This document shows, piece after piece, positions 26,123-38,814 of a DNA stretch of 64,000 nt. The notes below the pieces were generated by a model. It was not told the DNA's origin, did no database searches, and was given only the letters and a program-made list of their open reading frames with translations. The translations under genes were made by a program, and so were the position numbers. Each line of letters starts with the position of its first letter. Within the stretch, counting starts at the first letter, position 1. Origin of the DNA: a virus (lineage: Duplodnaviria > Caudoviricetes); the IMG/VR virus record IMGVR_UViG_3300049198_000021, positions 1-64,000 of that record. One strand, 5' to 3'.

Positions 26123-29100
26123 CAGTCATGTCCGTTCGTCGGATTCTTGGCGCGGATGTCCAGTTCTGGTGCCATACGGGTGAAGCCGTTGAAGCCGTCC
26201 TGCGTGAGAACAACCGGGCCATAGACGCCGCGAGCCACGTAGATACCCAGATTGGCGATCTTGCTCGTTCGGAACGCGCCGTGACAGGTGAGTTCGCCAT
26301 ACTGAGAAGGTGATAGGATCACCGCAACAGCCACTTCGGAACGGCCGTTTTTCTTGTATGCTTCCAGTTCGGCGATCGCCATCAGCGTCCGTTGGTAGAG
26401 GCTCTTCGCTTCTTCCTTGGCCTTCCGTTCGTAGGCGTTCCGTTCCTTGTTGAAAGCCTGCTCCTGCCCGGCCAGCCGCTTGTGGAGGTCTGTGCAAGTG
26501 TCAGCCAATTCGTGAAGGCGGAGTGCTGCTGCTGCGTTTGCCGACGCGCCGCGAAGACGCTCCCACCAACCACAATTGCCGAGGTGGGTGGCGAGATCGT
26601 GATCGCTCATTTCGTAGGGTGAAATCTTGTCAGTCATGGCGCAAAATCTCGAATCGCTGCATGACCGAACCTTCGTAATCGACAAGCTCAACCATTTCCG
26701 AAAGGGGGCGGCCGAATTTGATGGGACCGGATTGGAAAGTCACCCACGGCTGGCCGTTAAATTCACGAATGGAGTGGTCGGTCACCACGTAAAGATCGCC
26801 GTTCTTGTAGTGGCTAATGATGCTGCCAACTGGCAAAGTAGCTTCCGCCGAAATAAGGCGGGCAGCAAGCATCTCAAGTGAGGGTCGCGTCATCGGTTTC
26901 TCCGATTGCTGTTCTATTCAGAACATCACCAATGTCAAGCTAAAATGGCGGTGGTCGAAAAACGATTAGTGAATGGTCACTGGGTCGATCGCAACCGGAT
27001 CAACGTGCCCGCCGCCTTCTTCACTGGGGATAACCCACAGGATGTCCCCGGTATTGACTTCCACCATGCAACCGCAAGCCATCTCGACCATGCATCCCGA
27101 TTCCATCCATTCGACCTTACTGGGACGCAAATCGTCGGGGAGGTCTGGAAAAATCTTGTCAGAGCTATGTTCCTCGACGATTTCGTCAGGTGTCAGGAAC
27201 TCTTCGGTGTAAGCCATACGGGCTCCTCTTTGGCGGGATCGGCGGACAGCCGGCACTTACCCTCGCATCCTCCGAAATCAACCATCCGACATTCAGATGC
27301 ACAGATCGGCTCAAAAGGAGTTTCAGGTAGTGGTATCTGCTTGCGCCCAAAGATGGGTGTAAGCTTTGCGCTTACCGGTTGATCGGGCATGTCCAGTCGG
27401 GGCGGAGGTAGTCTTTGCGAACGCGTCCGCCCCTTTGGATCATAATCTCTCGGGATGTAGGTCATCAAGCCGGCTCAGGGGTGAGGTCTTCCAGCATCTT
27501 GATGGTTTCAAGGATTGCTTTGATCTCACGATCGCGATGCTCGCACTCGGCGGTCAGCGCGATCGTGATGCGATCTCCGAAATTCTTGCGGATCATGTTG
27601 TTCTTGGTGGTCCGTGCGATCTCCTGCTCCCGCAAGATTCGGATCGCGGTGTTCCGCAGTTGCTCGTTCAAGGCGTATCTCCTAGCTGATTCGTTCAGCG
27701 ACATTTTGGCTATACGCTGTGCCGCGAGAATGTCAATCGCGGAGTTGATATTCCCACTTACCATTGACCTTTCGACGCCAGACTGGCTCGAAGAAGGTCA
27801 GGGCGGAGTATCCGGGGCTATGGGGGACGCGGACTGGATACCACGCCCACCAGAGTTCCCAGTCATCCCCGATGCGGGTGTTCTGCCATGGACTCATATC
27901 ACCGTCCCACTGCCCCATCAGTTCATCCACCCTGAGGGGAGGATGTTGCTCATGTTGGTAGCATCCGTGTGATTGATCCGGTCACCGCGCCGGGCGCTCT
28001 CAGGAGCCAGACGGTCGATAAACTGCCGAACCATTTCGTGGTCCACCACAGTGCTGGTGGCTTCGTAGAAGATCACCTTGAAACCAGCCACATCGACATG
28101 GGACAGCACCACATGCACCGGACGGTTGTCCAGATAGCCGATCGTCACGCCGATACCCCCGTGCTGCTTCCAAGCGACCGGAGGGTCGCGCCGATCAACC
28201 AAACGAAGCCACACACCGTGCTGTTCTTCGTTGGTGGCGGCACAGAAGCCGATCGCCCCTCCGACAAAACGAATGAGTTCGTCATCGATCTGGGCATCCG
28301 GGTTGAACCGCTTGCTCGGCTTGATAGCCTTACAGCGTTCAACGATCTCTTCGAGAACCAGTTGCGTGTGCTTGTCCGACGCATTGGCGAACTCGACGAG
28401 GGTGGCTTGTGCTGATGCGATCAGGCTGATCGCTTCTACAGCCTTCTGGATGTCTTCATCCTTCATGCGTTATACGCCTTGACCACGGTCGCGGTGATCA
28501 GCCAACGGGTCGCCGATCGGCCGTCGCGCTTGGCTTCCAGCTTCTCGAAGCGATATTCGCTCAGGGGGTTGCCACGCAGCGCATAAAGGACGCGCTGGTA
28601 TTCACCATCGGACTTGATGTAGAGGGTGATGTCGAAGGCCGGCTGCTCATTGTAGAAGGCCAGCTTCATGTCGATCCCGGCGGCGTCCGGTGACGCGACC
28701 AGCAGGATCGAGGTCCGCAAATTACAGATGCGTTCCAGAGCCTGCTCGAAAGTCGGCATCTGAGGAACGATGGAAAGCTGCGATGCTTTGGTTGCCATGG
28801 TGTGTCTGTCTCCTGTTGCTTGGCTCAAACGTAGAGCCGTTCGTGGCGGTAGCCGGTGGTGTGGTAGTCACTCGGCGAGGCGGTTGTGATGTAGCGTTCG
28901 CTCCACGGTTCGTCGCCATCGTAGGCGAGATCGACCGGGCCGTTGTTGCGCTTGGCGAGGCTTCCGGCGGCGGCGCGGGCGGCGCTGTCCGAAACATATT
29001 CGCGGTAGATGTTGACGGTCGGCATGACGTTCTCATCATAGCACTGGAACTCGTAACGTGTGGTTCGTCTTGTCATCGCTGTCTCCTCAGTGATTCGTTG

Positions 29101-31115
29101 CTGATGAGATGCGAATAGGATGATTCGTCCGGTTCGTCAACTACAATTTTTCGAGATCATATTCGCAGATCGACTTGTCAGGTAAGCCCCAGTTGGCGGT
29201 GAAATACTGGCAACCGCGACAGAAGGCGATACCCGCGTGTGTGGTATTCTGATGCCGCCAGATACACGTCACGCAGCCCCCGTGGAAGATCGCTGGTTTG
29301 CCTTCGGCTTGTGCTACGGCGATCGTCAGAGCATTCTTGTGAGGGATGGTGTGGTTGTCCTCAACCGCCGGCACGTAGAGTGCCTTCTTGGTGGCGAGGA
29401 ACATCAGAACGAAGACGCCTGTCAGCGTGACGTAGGGCAGATACTGCTCGATCATTCCACACCCAGTGCAAAGCCGATCGCGTGGAGCGTCAGAAAGCCG
29501 CCAAGGATCGTGGTCAGAAGCAGCCCGGCCTTGATGAACTGGTTCAGGTAGCCTCTGGTGGACCAGACGCTGGTGATGACGGCGAGGGCGATCGTCGAGA
29601 TGATCAGATAGATTTCGAGAAGGTTCATGCTTTCTTTCCCCATTGCTTACGACCGGTTCGTTCCGGCTCGGTTGGTTGCGGTTTACGGACGCCGGGGTTC
29701 AGTAACCGTTCCCGTTGGTCCTTGATGATAGCTTCGAGAGCATCGAGCCGGTAGATTTCGTCAAGCGGGACCGCGAAAAGGAACGTCTCGACATCGATCT
29801 GCTCATACATCCGCTCGACGCGAGCCAACACGGCCGGTGGACGCAAGTCTGGGTAGGCTGAAAAAGCCGGCCGGCGTGTCGGCTCAGCCGGCTCCTCAGG
29901 TTCATCCGTGTCGTCGATCGCACGGATCGGTCCACGCATGAGGTGGTTCAGCCGGTCCATGATCGCCTGCTTGCTGGTATCCACGAAGACCGTCTCGTAG
30001 TTCGGGTCGATCTTCTTGGCGTCCGCTTGCAGGTGAACGTATTGCGGACCGGCTGGTGTCTGGCACAAGTAGAACTTGAGCCCCTTCTGTTCGTCAGGCA
30101 TCCACTTTCTCCACGTTGATGGGGATCATGAACTCGTCGATCGAAATGACCCGCTGCTCGGCACCGTCCTGAACGAGGACGCAATTTGACTTCGGGTCTT
30201 CGAACGGAACGCCTTCGGTGTAAGCACGGCCTTCTTGGCGATATGCGACCGGTGTGCTTCCACGATAGATGCCGTCATACCAGACCAGTGCTTTGACCGG
30301 ACGCCCTTCGTAGAAGCCGTGTTCGGTAAGAGCCTGTCCGGTGTAAGCCACCCTCTGGAACTCTCCGACTTCTTCCTCAGGGTCGATCAGCGAACAATCG
30401 TCCGGGCCGTCAGCGTAGCTGAGGATCACTTGACGAGCCTTGTCGGCGCAGCCGGGCAGCCACTTGATTTCGTAGCTGTTCTTGCGAGCGCTTCGGAAGG
30501 CACAACCCACCGGTTCACCGTCCAGATAAAGCGCATCGAGACCGACATGCTCATCCGTGCAGAGCCAGTTGAAAATCGGGTAGCACCCAAGTCTTTCTTC
30601 CAGCGCTTCCGGAGGATAGTAAGGGTCACTGATACCCAGTTCAGCGATTACCGCATCGTAGGGCCAGTAGTGATACCCCTTCTCGCCCGGAGCGGGTCGC
30701 TTGACCTGTCTGATTGCGTCAATGAGTTTCATCAGACAAGCTCCTCCGGGTTCTCAGCCTCACGCTGGAGAACCTGACGAAGCTCAGCAGCGCGGCGGAG
30801 GTCTTCGATGATGCGATCCATCGTGCCGCAGTCGGCATCGCGGAGCGTGGCTCCCAGACCGATGGCGGCTTCGATTTCGTCGTCCGGGTTTTCGGCTCGG
30901 AGCATATCGAACATCATCGCCTCGATTTCGAAGGCGCGGTCGCTGTTGCTGACCTTGAGCCCGACTTCCTTGGCCGCCGCTTCCATGCCGTCCATCATGT
31001 CGGACAGGGTGAGCAGGCGGTCCTTGCTCTTTTCGTAGGTGCCGAACGGTGCCATGTCGCAGGCGTAGCGGAAGTCGCTGTAGGTGTTCGCGAGTTCGCG
31101 GTTTCGGATAGTCAT
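26119..31115 (-). other. block of ~14 small hypothetical CDSs (e.g. 26119-26637, 26966-27217, 27193-27468, 27918-28466, 28463-28798, 28825-29076, 29141-29455, 29625-30101, 30094-30732, 30732-31115)
   Basis: tightly packed minus-strand ORF chain. Confidence 0.7.
26630..26893 (-). CDS. DUF1653-like protein
   Basis: HYKNG.LY.V.......V.....RPLSE......RF. Confidence 0.6.
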   Translation of the reverse strand: MTRPSLEMLAARLISAEATLPVGSIISHYKNGDLYVVTDHSIREFNGQPWVTFQSGPIKFGRPLSEMVELVDYEGSVMQRFEILRHD

Positions 31116-31165
31116 GATCTGTCTCCTGATTCGTTGTTGATGCGAATCAGGTAGGACAAATCTTC

Positions 31166-31549
31166 CTACTCGTCAACGGAATAATTTACCGGGTAGCTGT
31201 TTCGGATTCGCCATAGCTCAGTAGCCTGACAGCAGTGACCACGCTGACCGAACCGATCACATAAGCCTGTGGCTTCGACCAGAACCTTGATAAGACGGGG
31301 ATTTTCTTGAATATACTCATCCCAGAGGCGGCTATAGAGATCATGACATTCCCGGATGTTGATCGGGCGCTTGCCACGGGCTTCCTTGATCGAAAGCCCA
31401 GTTGCGCCACAGGAGAAGACCTTGGCGGCTTGATAGATTTGCTCGATCGACTGGTTGCCCCGTCCCTTGATGCGTGCATAGTAGGCTGAGAAGCGTTTGT
31501 CGCCGGCCGATGAGCATTCGAGGAACGGGGCTTTACCGTGGTAGATCAC
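31166..31549 (-). CDS. NADAR-like (DarT1-antitoxin-type) protein
   Basis: LECSS.GDKRFSA......SIE..YQAAKVF....D.FG....CQA. Confidence 0.6.
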   Translation of the reverse strand: MIYHGKAPFLECSSAGDKRFSAYYARIKGRGNQSIEQIYQAAKVFSCGATGLSIKEARGKRPINIRECHDLYSRLWDEYIQENPRLIKVLVEATGLCDRFGQRGHCCQATELWRIRNSYPVNYSVDE

Positions 31550-32712
31550 TGGATTTCGGTGCCATCTTCCTTGAGGAGATAGGCCGGCGACACCGCCTTG
31601 AGGATCGGCCGCATACGCTCGCCGCGATGTTCGATCGGCGACTGGTTACCAGCGTGCTTGATCACCACACCTTCACGGACGTGCTTGGCACCCTGCCATT
31701 CCAGCGGGGCGTCGCGAAGCTGTTCGATGATCGCCATGTCGAATGGGCCATCATAGAGTAGCGGGACTTCCGCGATTCCGTGCTGATCGAAGTGGAACTC
31801 GATCGCCAGAGAATCCGCATACTCCCCATCGATCCGAAGATCGAAGGCACGAAACTCCGGCTTCGACAGGCCGTAGTTGAACCGCTGAATACCGGGCCCG
31901 AACGTCTCGCCGAAGATGTCGAGTCGGTCGCAGCCGAGAGCGTCTGCCATCTGCTCGATCTTGGCGATCAGGTCGTTGGCGATCGCCGCCTTGACGTAGA
32001 CGTTCCCCGCCCGGTTGGCTTCGGTGTCGATCATGACGATCCCCTTGGCACCCAGACCCTTCGATGCGATCGCGATGTTCTTGTTCGGACCGAACAGCCG
32101 GTCGTCGCTGACGTGGCGACGATAGCTGATCCGGGTGAAAGTGCCGTGCAGCTTTTCGGTGACGACAACCGGCTCGCCCGGCTCGAAGAAATCGGGCCAG
32201 CGCTGAATCGAGTCGAAGTCGTAGGTCAGTGCGAACTCGGGAATGCCGGCTGCGTCGCCGTTCATTCCCGCCGGGACTGGGGGCTCATACTTCGTGATGC
32301 CGAAGAGTTCAGCCACGTCGCTGCCTTCGGTGAAGTAGATGTCGTAGCCTGCCCGATCGATCTCGTCGAACACGCCGAAGTCTTCGTCAGGTGTCGGCAG
32401 CGGCCAGACGAGCCCCTGCGAGTAGACGCCCCGCAGGCGGATGATCTTGACGCGATCACCCTGCTTGCCGGCCAGCATACCGGTGTCCTTCTCTTCGTTC
32501 CAGTATCCATAGCGCTTGAGCAGGTCGTGAGGGACCACAGCCGCTTCGGGCACGTAGATGATCAGATCGCCGGTTTGGTAGCGGTGGCTCCCGTCCTCGT
32601 TCTTGGCTGTGATTGCCCGGTAGCCGAGGATGGTGCAGATCGACAGGCGATCCGCATCGGGATGATCTTCCACCGCGTCGATGCGGCGAACCTTGACTTC
32701 GAAGTTGCTCAT
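31546..32712 (-). CDS. ATP-dependent RNA ligase with N-terminal tRNA-binding OB fold (DRB0094 family)
   Basis: HPDADRL, RLRGVYSQGL, TEKLHGT, FGETFGPGIQ, FRAFD, REGVVIK, LKAVSPAYLL. Confidence 0.92.
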   Translation of the reverse strand: MSNFEVKVRRIDAVEDHPDADRLSICTILGYRAITAKNEDGSHRYQTGDLIIYVPEAAVVPHDLLKRYGYWNEEKDTGMLAGKQGDRVKIIRLRGVYSQGLVWPLPTPDEDFGVFDEIDRAGYDIYFTEGSDVAELFGITKYEPPVPAGMNGDAAGIPEFALTYDFDSIQRWPDFFEPGEPVVVTEKLHGTFTRISYRRHVSDDRLFGPNKNIAIASKGLGAKGIVMIDTEANRAGNVYVKAAIANDLIAKIEQMADALGCDRLDIFGETFGPGIQRFNYGLSKPEFRAFDLRIDGEYADSLAIEFHFDQHGIAEVPLLYDGPFDMAIIEQLRDAPLEWQGAKHVREGVVIKHAGNQSPIEHRGERMRPILKAVSPAYLLKEDGTEIQ

Positions 32713-32730
32713 GTTGTGTCTCCCTGTTTC

Positions 32731-32946
32731 TCAGTCGTCAGCGTTGACGCGCTCGATGTAGTTGATGATCCCTGCGATCTGGGTGTCCGTCGCATCGAGA
32801 ACGACGAACTGGCTATCCAGAATGCCCTTGTCTTCGATGAACCGGATGCCGGCTCGTTGAAGAGCCCGCCGGAACGGACCGCGAATCAACAAGCCGGCAG
32901 TTACCGGGAAGCGTGATGTGTCTTCCGGGAAGGTATAGATTTTCAT
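32731..32946 (-). CDS. hypothetical protein
   Basis: coupled ORF. Confidence 0.6.
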   Translation of the reverse strand: MKIYTFPEDTSRFPVTAGLLIRGPFRRALQRAGIRFIEDKGILDSQFVVLDATDTQIAGIINYIERVNADD

Positions 32947-32947
32947 C

Positions 32948-33925
32948 TCAGGTGGTCAACTGGAAGTGATGAAGCTGGATGACCAGTTCATCGATTCCCA
33001 CCTGATCAGACTTGCCCGGTAGCGGAGAGGCCAGTGCGGCAGCATCCACTTCCTCCACCATCTGTTCGAGGATGGGGGCCACGTCGTTGTAGTTGAACTC
33101 GCCGCGCTTGACGGCCAGAAGGTAGGCGGCGTCCGGGCGGGGAAACGTGATGTGACCGGTCAGCAGCAGTTCCTTGGCCTGCCCGGCGACGCGGATCGCA
33201 TGGCTGATTGCCTTCCAGTCGATGCCTTGGTTGTCCATGGCAGCGCGGGCCCGATCGCCGTAGTTCTCGTAGACCTTCGAATAGATGTCCAGAGCGTTCT
33301 TGATCGAGTTGGTGAATGGCACCTTGCGATCCACCACGTCGAGGTGGAGGATTTCCTTACCGGCTTGGCTCGGGATGTTGATGATCTCCGAGAACTCGTG
33401 AGTCCCGCAGAAGATCGTAAGCTCTGTGGAAAGCTCGCTCAGCTTGGCCGTCGTTCCGTGTTCACGCACAGCGTGATCCAGCATGACGACGAGATCGCGA
33501 CAAGCGGCCATGCGCGAGCCTTTGATGCCATACTTGGCAGCCTGCCGCTGGCAGTAACCGACGAATCCTTTGCACTGCTTGTTGAGCAGCAAGTGCTTGT
33601 TGTCCCGGATCAGTTCCCAGTCGGGGTCCATCTCGACGATTGCCCAATCTGGGGCGAACAGAAGTTCAGTGCCGACGGTATCACCGCTGGTGACCATCTT
33701 GAGGAACTTCTGGAGCGGGAACGACTGATCGTCCACGTCATCCTGCGTGTTCTTCGTGGTGTTGTCGCCGGTTCCCTTGTCGATGACGTTGGGAACACGC
33801 TGGAGCAGGATGTCACGCCCGGAGGGCAGGAACACGCCCTTGAAGTCCAGATCGGACGTTGGGGTGTTGGTGCCGTAGAGGTGCGATCCGTGCTGAATGC
33901 GGAGGAGTGTCTTTGCGGGTTGCAT
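32948..33925 (-). CDS. pol-beta superfamily nucleotidyltransferase (YcgL/NrdC.11-like)
   Basis: HGSHLYGT.TP.SD.DFKGVF, QAAKYGIKGSR, DWKA.SHA.R. Confidence 0.88.
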   Translation of the reverse strand: MQPAKTLLRIQHGSHLYGTNTPTSDLDFKGVFLPSGRDILLQRVPNVIDKGTGDNTTKNTQDDVDDQSFPLQKFLKMVTSGDTVGTELLFAPDWAIVEMDPDWELIRDNKHLLLNKQCKGFVGYCQRQAAKYGIKGSRMAACRDLVVMLDHAVREHGTTAKLSELSTELTIFCGTHEFSEIINIPSQAGKEILHLDVVDRKVPFTNSIKNALDIYSKVYENYGDRARAAMDNQGIDWKAISHAIRVAGQAKELLLTGHITFPRPDAAYLLAVKRGEFNYNDVAPILEQMVEEVDAAALASPLPGKSDQVGIDELVIQLHHFQLTT

Positions 33926-35935
33926 CAGCGAATGGGTTCCTTGTATTGGGCGACGGTCACCTTGAGGACGCCGCCATCGTTGTCATAGACGAAAAAGGTC
34001 GCTGCATCGGCTTCGACCTTGACCTCGCTGGTGTCCGTTATCGCGGCACGCTGTGCGGTCTTGTTACGAAAAGCCCGTGCAAGGCTGCTGGGTGTGACGC
34101 TCATGCGGCTTTCTTCATGTCAGGGACGTTCTTCATCCGGCGGGTCGGCCATTGGTTGAAGGGCTTACCCAGCTTCGAGTAGTTGACGATCTGCTGGGTT
34201 TTCCATGCCTGAACTTCCCCGTCCGGCTTGGTGACAACCAGCGTCGAGTATCCCCACACATGGTTGCCGTGCAGTTTCGCGTTTTTCACCTCGCCGATCT
34301 TTTTGACCAGCTTGATCACGAATGAATCGTAGTCGGCTGCCGCCCATTCCATGCGCTGTTCGATGAAGCGCTTGGCCTTATCTTCGTCGATAACCACGAA
34401 GTAGGGTTCGTTGCTCCGATAGCTGGGGCGGTGATCCGGGTGGGCCTTGGTAACCGAGTGGAACTCGTTGTAGCGCATCCGGGAAGTGGCGTAGGTCATC
34501 CCGTAAGACGAGTGCTTCGGATAAGGGGCGGCTTGGTTGATGTCGCCTCCAGCCGCTTCCAGATCGGAACGTATGCGTTCGATGTCCCGTTCGGCCGTTT
34601 CCTTGGCACGAGCGATGGCATCTTTCTTGAGCGGCAAGACGGCTTTTTCGATGGGGTTCATGTGTCTGTCTCCTGTGATTCGTTGTCGATGACCGGCAAT
34701 TAGGACAAATCTTCCGGTTCGTCAACCGCTTTTTATCAACCAGCGACTGAGTGAACAGCGGCGGGGAATATGAGACTAGCGGTGCTTCCGGCCCCGGCAT
34801 CATCTACGGCACTGCCGTAGTCGCAGTTGCTCTTATCCATCAAGCGGTCGATTTCCGAATCCTTCGTCCGATCATAGATCGTCACATCAGGATCGCCGAT
34901 GGTATAGAACCCGAGGCGATTACTGGGGCAGGAATCAAGGACGGTCTGCACGTCCTTTATCCATTTCAATTCGGCCTTTGTGAGCTTCATGGTCATCAGT
35001 CCGTCGCCCAGTCATCGAACCGGTCGTAGGCTGCTTGCGCCGCTTCCCAGATTTCCTTGTCGAGCCCATCCAGCGTCTCTTGCAGGAACGGGCAGTCAGG
35101 GCCGCCGGGGCCGGCTTCCGCCTGCATCTCGTCGAACATCGTCTGTGCGTTCTGGATGTGGATTTCGTAGCCCGGCTTCCCGTTTGCCGTCATGAAACGC
35201 AGAGCTTGGGCGGTCGCCGGGCAGGTGTAGGGATTGGCCGGCTTGCGGAGACGGTTGACGTTGCAGATCATCGAGCCCTCCATCACAGAAGCCAGAAGTG
35301 CCAGATAGCGGCACTCCCCCACGCCATGGTGAAGAAGGTGAAGTAGGCAAGCAATGCGCCGATGCCGCGATAGTAGGCCGGCCGTCCTTCGTCGTCGGGC
35401 GTTTTATGGATACCGAAGCTGGCCTTGAGCAGACCGACGATCAGGAAGACACCGATCGAGGTGTGCTTGGTGATCATTACCAAGCCGGCCGGGACCGCGA
35501 ACCAGCCCCAGATTTCCCGCAAAACGAACGCTCCGTAATAGACGCTCAAGAATGAGAGCGCCCCGAAGATCGCCCACATGACGGCCTTCCCGAGGATTTC
35601 CGCGACGAGCGTCGTGGTGTCGTAATCGAGCTTCTTCATGCTGCATCTCCATCGCGGAAGCCAAGCAGGCCCCGCTCAAAGAAAACACCGGTAACGTAGT
35701 CTTCCGGCGAATTTCCTTCGAGGAAGAGTTCGTAGGCGAGATCGAGGGAGAACCCATCGGTCTCCTGATCACCGTCGAGGCCCTGTTCGATGGTGGTCAC
35801 ACCCGCATCGACCAAAAGGTCAACGGCGCGTTCCATGAAATCGGCGTAAGCCTTATCATCAGCCGACTGGCCGCCCATTTCGTATTCGTGTTCGCGGCGA
35901 GCAAGCTCGGCGTCAGTGTGATCGTTGTCGAACAT
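33925..35935 (-). other. hypothetical CDSs (33925-34104, 34101-34661, 34736-34996, 34996-35283, 35283-35639 membrane, 35636-35935)
   Basis: ORF chain. Confidence 0.7.
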
Positions 35936-35997
35936 TTTGCCTCCAATTCGTTGTTGATGCGAATCGGATTAGGATAAATCTTCCGGCTCGTCAAACA

Positions 35998-36318
35998 CTA
36001 TTTCAGCTTGGCGAGAAGATTTTCCAACCAGTCCGCCAGTTGATCGTAGGTCGAGGTTCCCATCCGGGAACCCAGCGGCTCACCCTTGTCGAACAAGATC
36101 ATGGTAGGTGTTTGACGGACTTGATAAGTGCGCGTGATGTTGGGGTTCTTCTCCACGTCGATGTCTACGAGAAGGACTTCCTCGTAGTCGTCAGCGAGTT
36201 GATCGAGAAGCGGGTCGAGCATGGCCGAAGGGCCGCAGAAGGAAGCCTTGAAGACCAGCATGACCGGTCCCTTGGTTTCCTTCAACGCCTGTTCGAACGT
36301 GTTGTCGTCGATCTTCAT
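35998..36318 (-). CDS. thioredoxin-fold protein (CxxS)
   Basis: F.ASFCGPS..L.P....IDVE.NP....Y.VR..PT..LF..GE. Confidence 0.85.
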   Translation of the reverse strand: MKIDDNTFEQALKETKGPVMLVFKASFCGPSAMLDPLLDQLADDYEEVLLVDIDVEKNPNITRTYQVRQTPTMILFDKGEPLGSRMGTSTYDQLADWLENLLAKLK

Positions 36319-36319
36319 A

Positions 36320-38350
36320 TCAGCGCGGCGAGAAGTTGCTGGGCATCCGGCAAGCGCCGCGAGATTCCTTGATCGCCTGCGACGGCTTTGCCTTCGGCTG
36401 GCCCGGCGTGTAGGGCTTGGTGACTTCCACGAAGGCCGCATCGACGAAGTAGCCTTCCGGCATCTTCTTTTCCTTCGCATCCCACTTGGGATCGATGCTG
36501 ACCTGAATGGCCCCGTAGAGCGGCACATGGATGATGGTCACCGTCCCGGTCAATCCGTGGATAAGCGACTTGCACTCGTCACCCAGCTTGGTGTGAAGGT
36601 CCGCAGGGACTTCATCAGGCCGATGCCGGTCGGGTAGCGACTCGACCAGTTCGAGTCGGTTTCCGTCAAGCGTGTAAAATTCCCCCGGCTTGTTCCCTTC
36701 GGGAGCAAGTTCCAATGCGAAACGATCGCACCCCGTCATGTGATAGAAACGGGCGGTCGCGATACCTTCAAGGCCATTGATCTTGTCGCGCACCTTGTCG
36801 CCGAGGCGGAAAGGCCACGTCAGCGAGCCGGGCTGCTGGATGATGGGTTTATCGCTGTTCTTCGCCATGAGTTGTCTCCTTAAAGATTGGTTCCGAGTTC
36901 AAGAATATCTTCCGGGACTTCGTAATCATCCCATGCTTTGTTGATATTCCCTGCGTTGTCTGTTTCGTCAAGCGCAAAAGCCATACCAGCCTCAAACCCG
37001 CTTCGGAAAGCGTGTTCACCAGTGCCAACGAGAAGATCGGAAACCCGTCCGCTGTTTGCGAACATATCCTGATCACCGACAGGGACAATTGCGATGCCGT
37101 CCAGTGGGATAGCCACGGTGTTCTTCCCATCAAAGTGGGTGATCATGTGACCGGGGTATCCCGCTTGTTCGAGCGCGACTGCGATGTATTCCCACGCCGC
37201 GAGGGGGACTGGTAAATAGGCGACAGTGTTGGTCATTGAGCCCGTTCTTTCTTCCATAGATACCAAGCATATTGCCGGGCTTCTGCTGGCATTTTCATCA
37301 GCGCTGCGATGCGTAGCTCTTGTTCCCGCCGGAACAGAGCCGGGAGTCTTTCTAGGATTCCCTGCTCAATCCGGATTTGATCATCGAGTCGTTCAACTTG
37401 GCGCTTGGCGGCGTGAGGGCAATCGGCTGTTGGGCCGGTCCCGCTTGTCATGAACTCTGGTCTCTTCATCAGTAGTAGCTCCGCAAGAACTCGCGCTGAG
37501 GGTCGCTTAGTCCTTTTGCAACCCGCGCTGTGCTGTGTCCTCGAAGCTCCCGGTTGATTCGTTCCTCACTCCGCCCTCGTAATTCACGGGCCTTGTGTTG
37601 GGCTGCCCGGAAATCTTTCCGAGAGACCTGAATGGTCCGATCATCAAGAACCAGAAGAGCAATCGGGTGGGGATCACCGAAGCGCTGTAGTATCAACCCC
37701 TCGTCGAAACCCATATCGTTATAGATCAGGTATTCAACAAGTTGTTGAAAATCCGTGTCAGGTGAAATCTCCTCAGGGAGAGGGGCGGGGTCGTGCATCC
37801 AGAATGGCTGCCCGGATGCCCGTGCTTTATCCCAGTCAGGGTTCAGCCAGAAGGCGCTCGGATGCTTCTTGAAGGCTTCCAGACGCGCCCGGTCTTCGTC
37901 CCAGTCCGTTGTCTCAGGACGAAGGACATGCTCTGGCTTTGGTTCGGGCTTCGGTGGTGTCCGTTCATTGTAGAACCAGATCACGGATTCACTCACACCT
38001 TCCGGGTTCGCCCATCGGCCGGGGCTCTTTTTCCCAGCATAATTATAGGACGCATATTTGTAGTCGATCGACCAATGTGTGTAGACCCCAGTGAACTTCT
38101 TCCGGATTTCCCGGTCAAGTCCCGCCGGGCCACCGGTGGCGAGCGCCGAACGAATCTCATAGCGAGCCATTCGCGCACTCGCCTTGAGATCGAGTTCGGT
38201 CTTTCGCATCCGGAAGATGTCACCAATCGTCGGCTGGCCGCTTGCCCGTCGATCCGGTGTGATCACACGAAGGGTCCAGATTGCTTCGGCAATCACGTAG
38301 GCGGACAGAAGAGCCACGCATCCATAGATAACCATAGCCAGCGTCGTCAT
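36320..38350 (-). other. hypothetical CDSs (36320-36868, 36880-37236, 37233-37469, 37469-38350)
   Basis: ORF chain. Confidence 0.65.
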
Positions 38351-38814
38351 ACGTAGAGCCGATCGAAATCGGAGTTCTTCCACCACGCCTTGGGGTCTTC
38401 GAACTCGGCGATCTTTTCCAGCAAAATCTCTTCCGGAACGCGGTGTGCGTGCGGCCGGATGCGATTGCAGGTCAGTAGGAACTCAGCCGACCGTTCGATG
38501 ATCATCAGCTTCACATCCTGACGCTGCGAGATCGCGTAGTAGATGAACGGCTGGACGGCCTCGTAGACAAGGCCCGTGTCGGTCACTGCCCACTCAGGGG
38601 TCGGCCACTTCTCCATGGCACTGAGCATGGTGTGCGTGATGATCTGCGAGCGCTGGTCACGAGGCATCGCGCTCTCGTGGTAGGCTCGCCGGCTTCCCCA
38701 CAGAGCTTCCCGGAAGCGGTCACGCTCCAGACGCAGGTAGTTCTCCGGGAGATGCTTGTCAGCCCAAGTGGACTTACCAGCGCCGGGGCAACCGATGGTG
38801 ATGAACAAACTCAT
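38347..38814 (-). CDS. polynucleotide 5'-kinase domain (PNK/AAA_33-like)
   Basis: GCPGAGKSTWA, RDRFR, D.....R...VPE. Confidence 0.85.
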   Translation of the reverse strand: MSLFITIGCPGAGKSTWADKHLPENYLRLERDRFREALWGSRRAYHESAMPRDQRSQIITHTMLSAMEKWPTPEWAVTDTGLVYEAVQPFIYYAISQRQDVKLMIIERSAEFLLTCNRIRPHAHRVPEEILLEKIAEFEDPKAWWKNSDFDRLYV

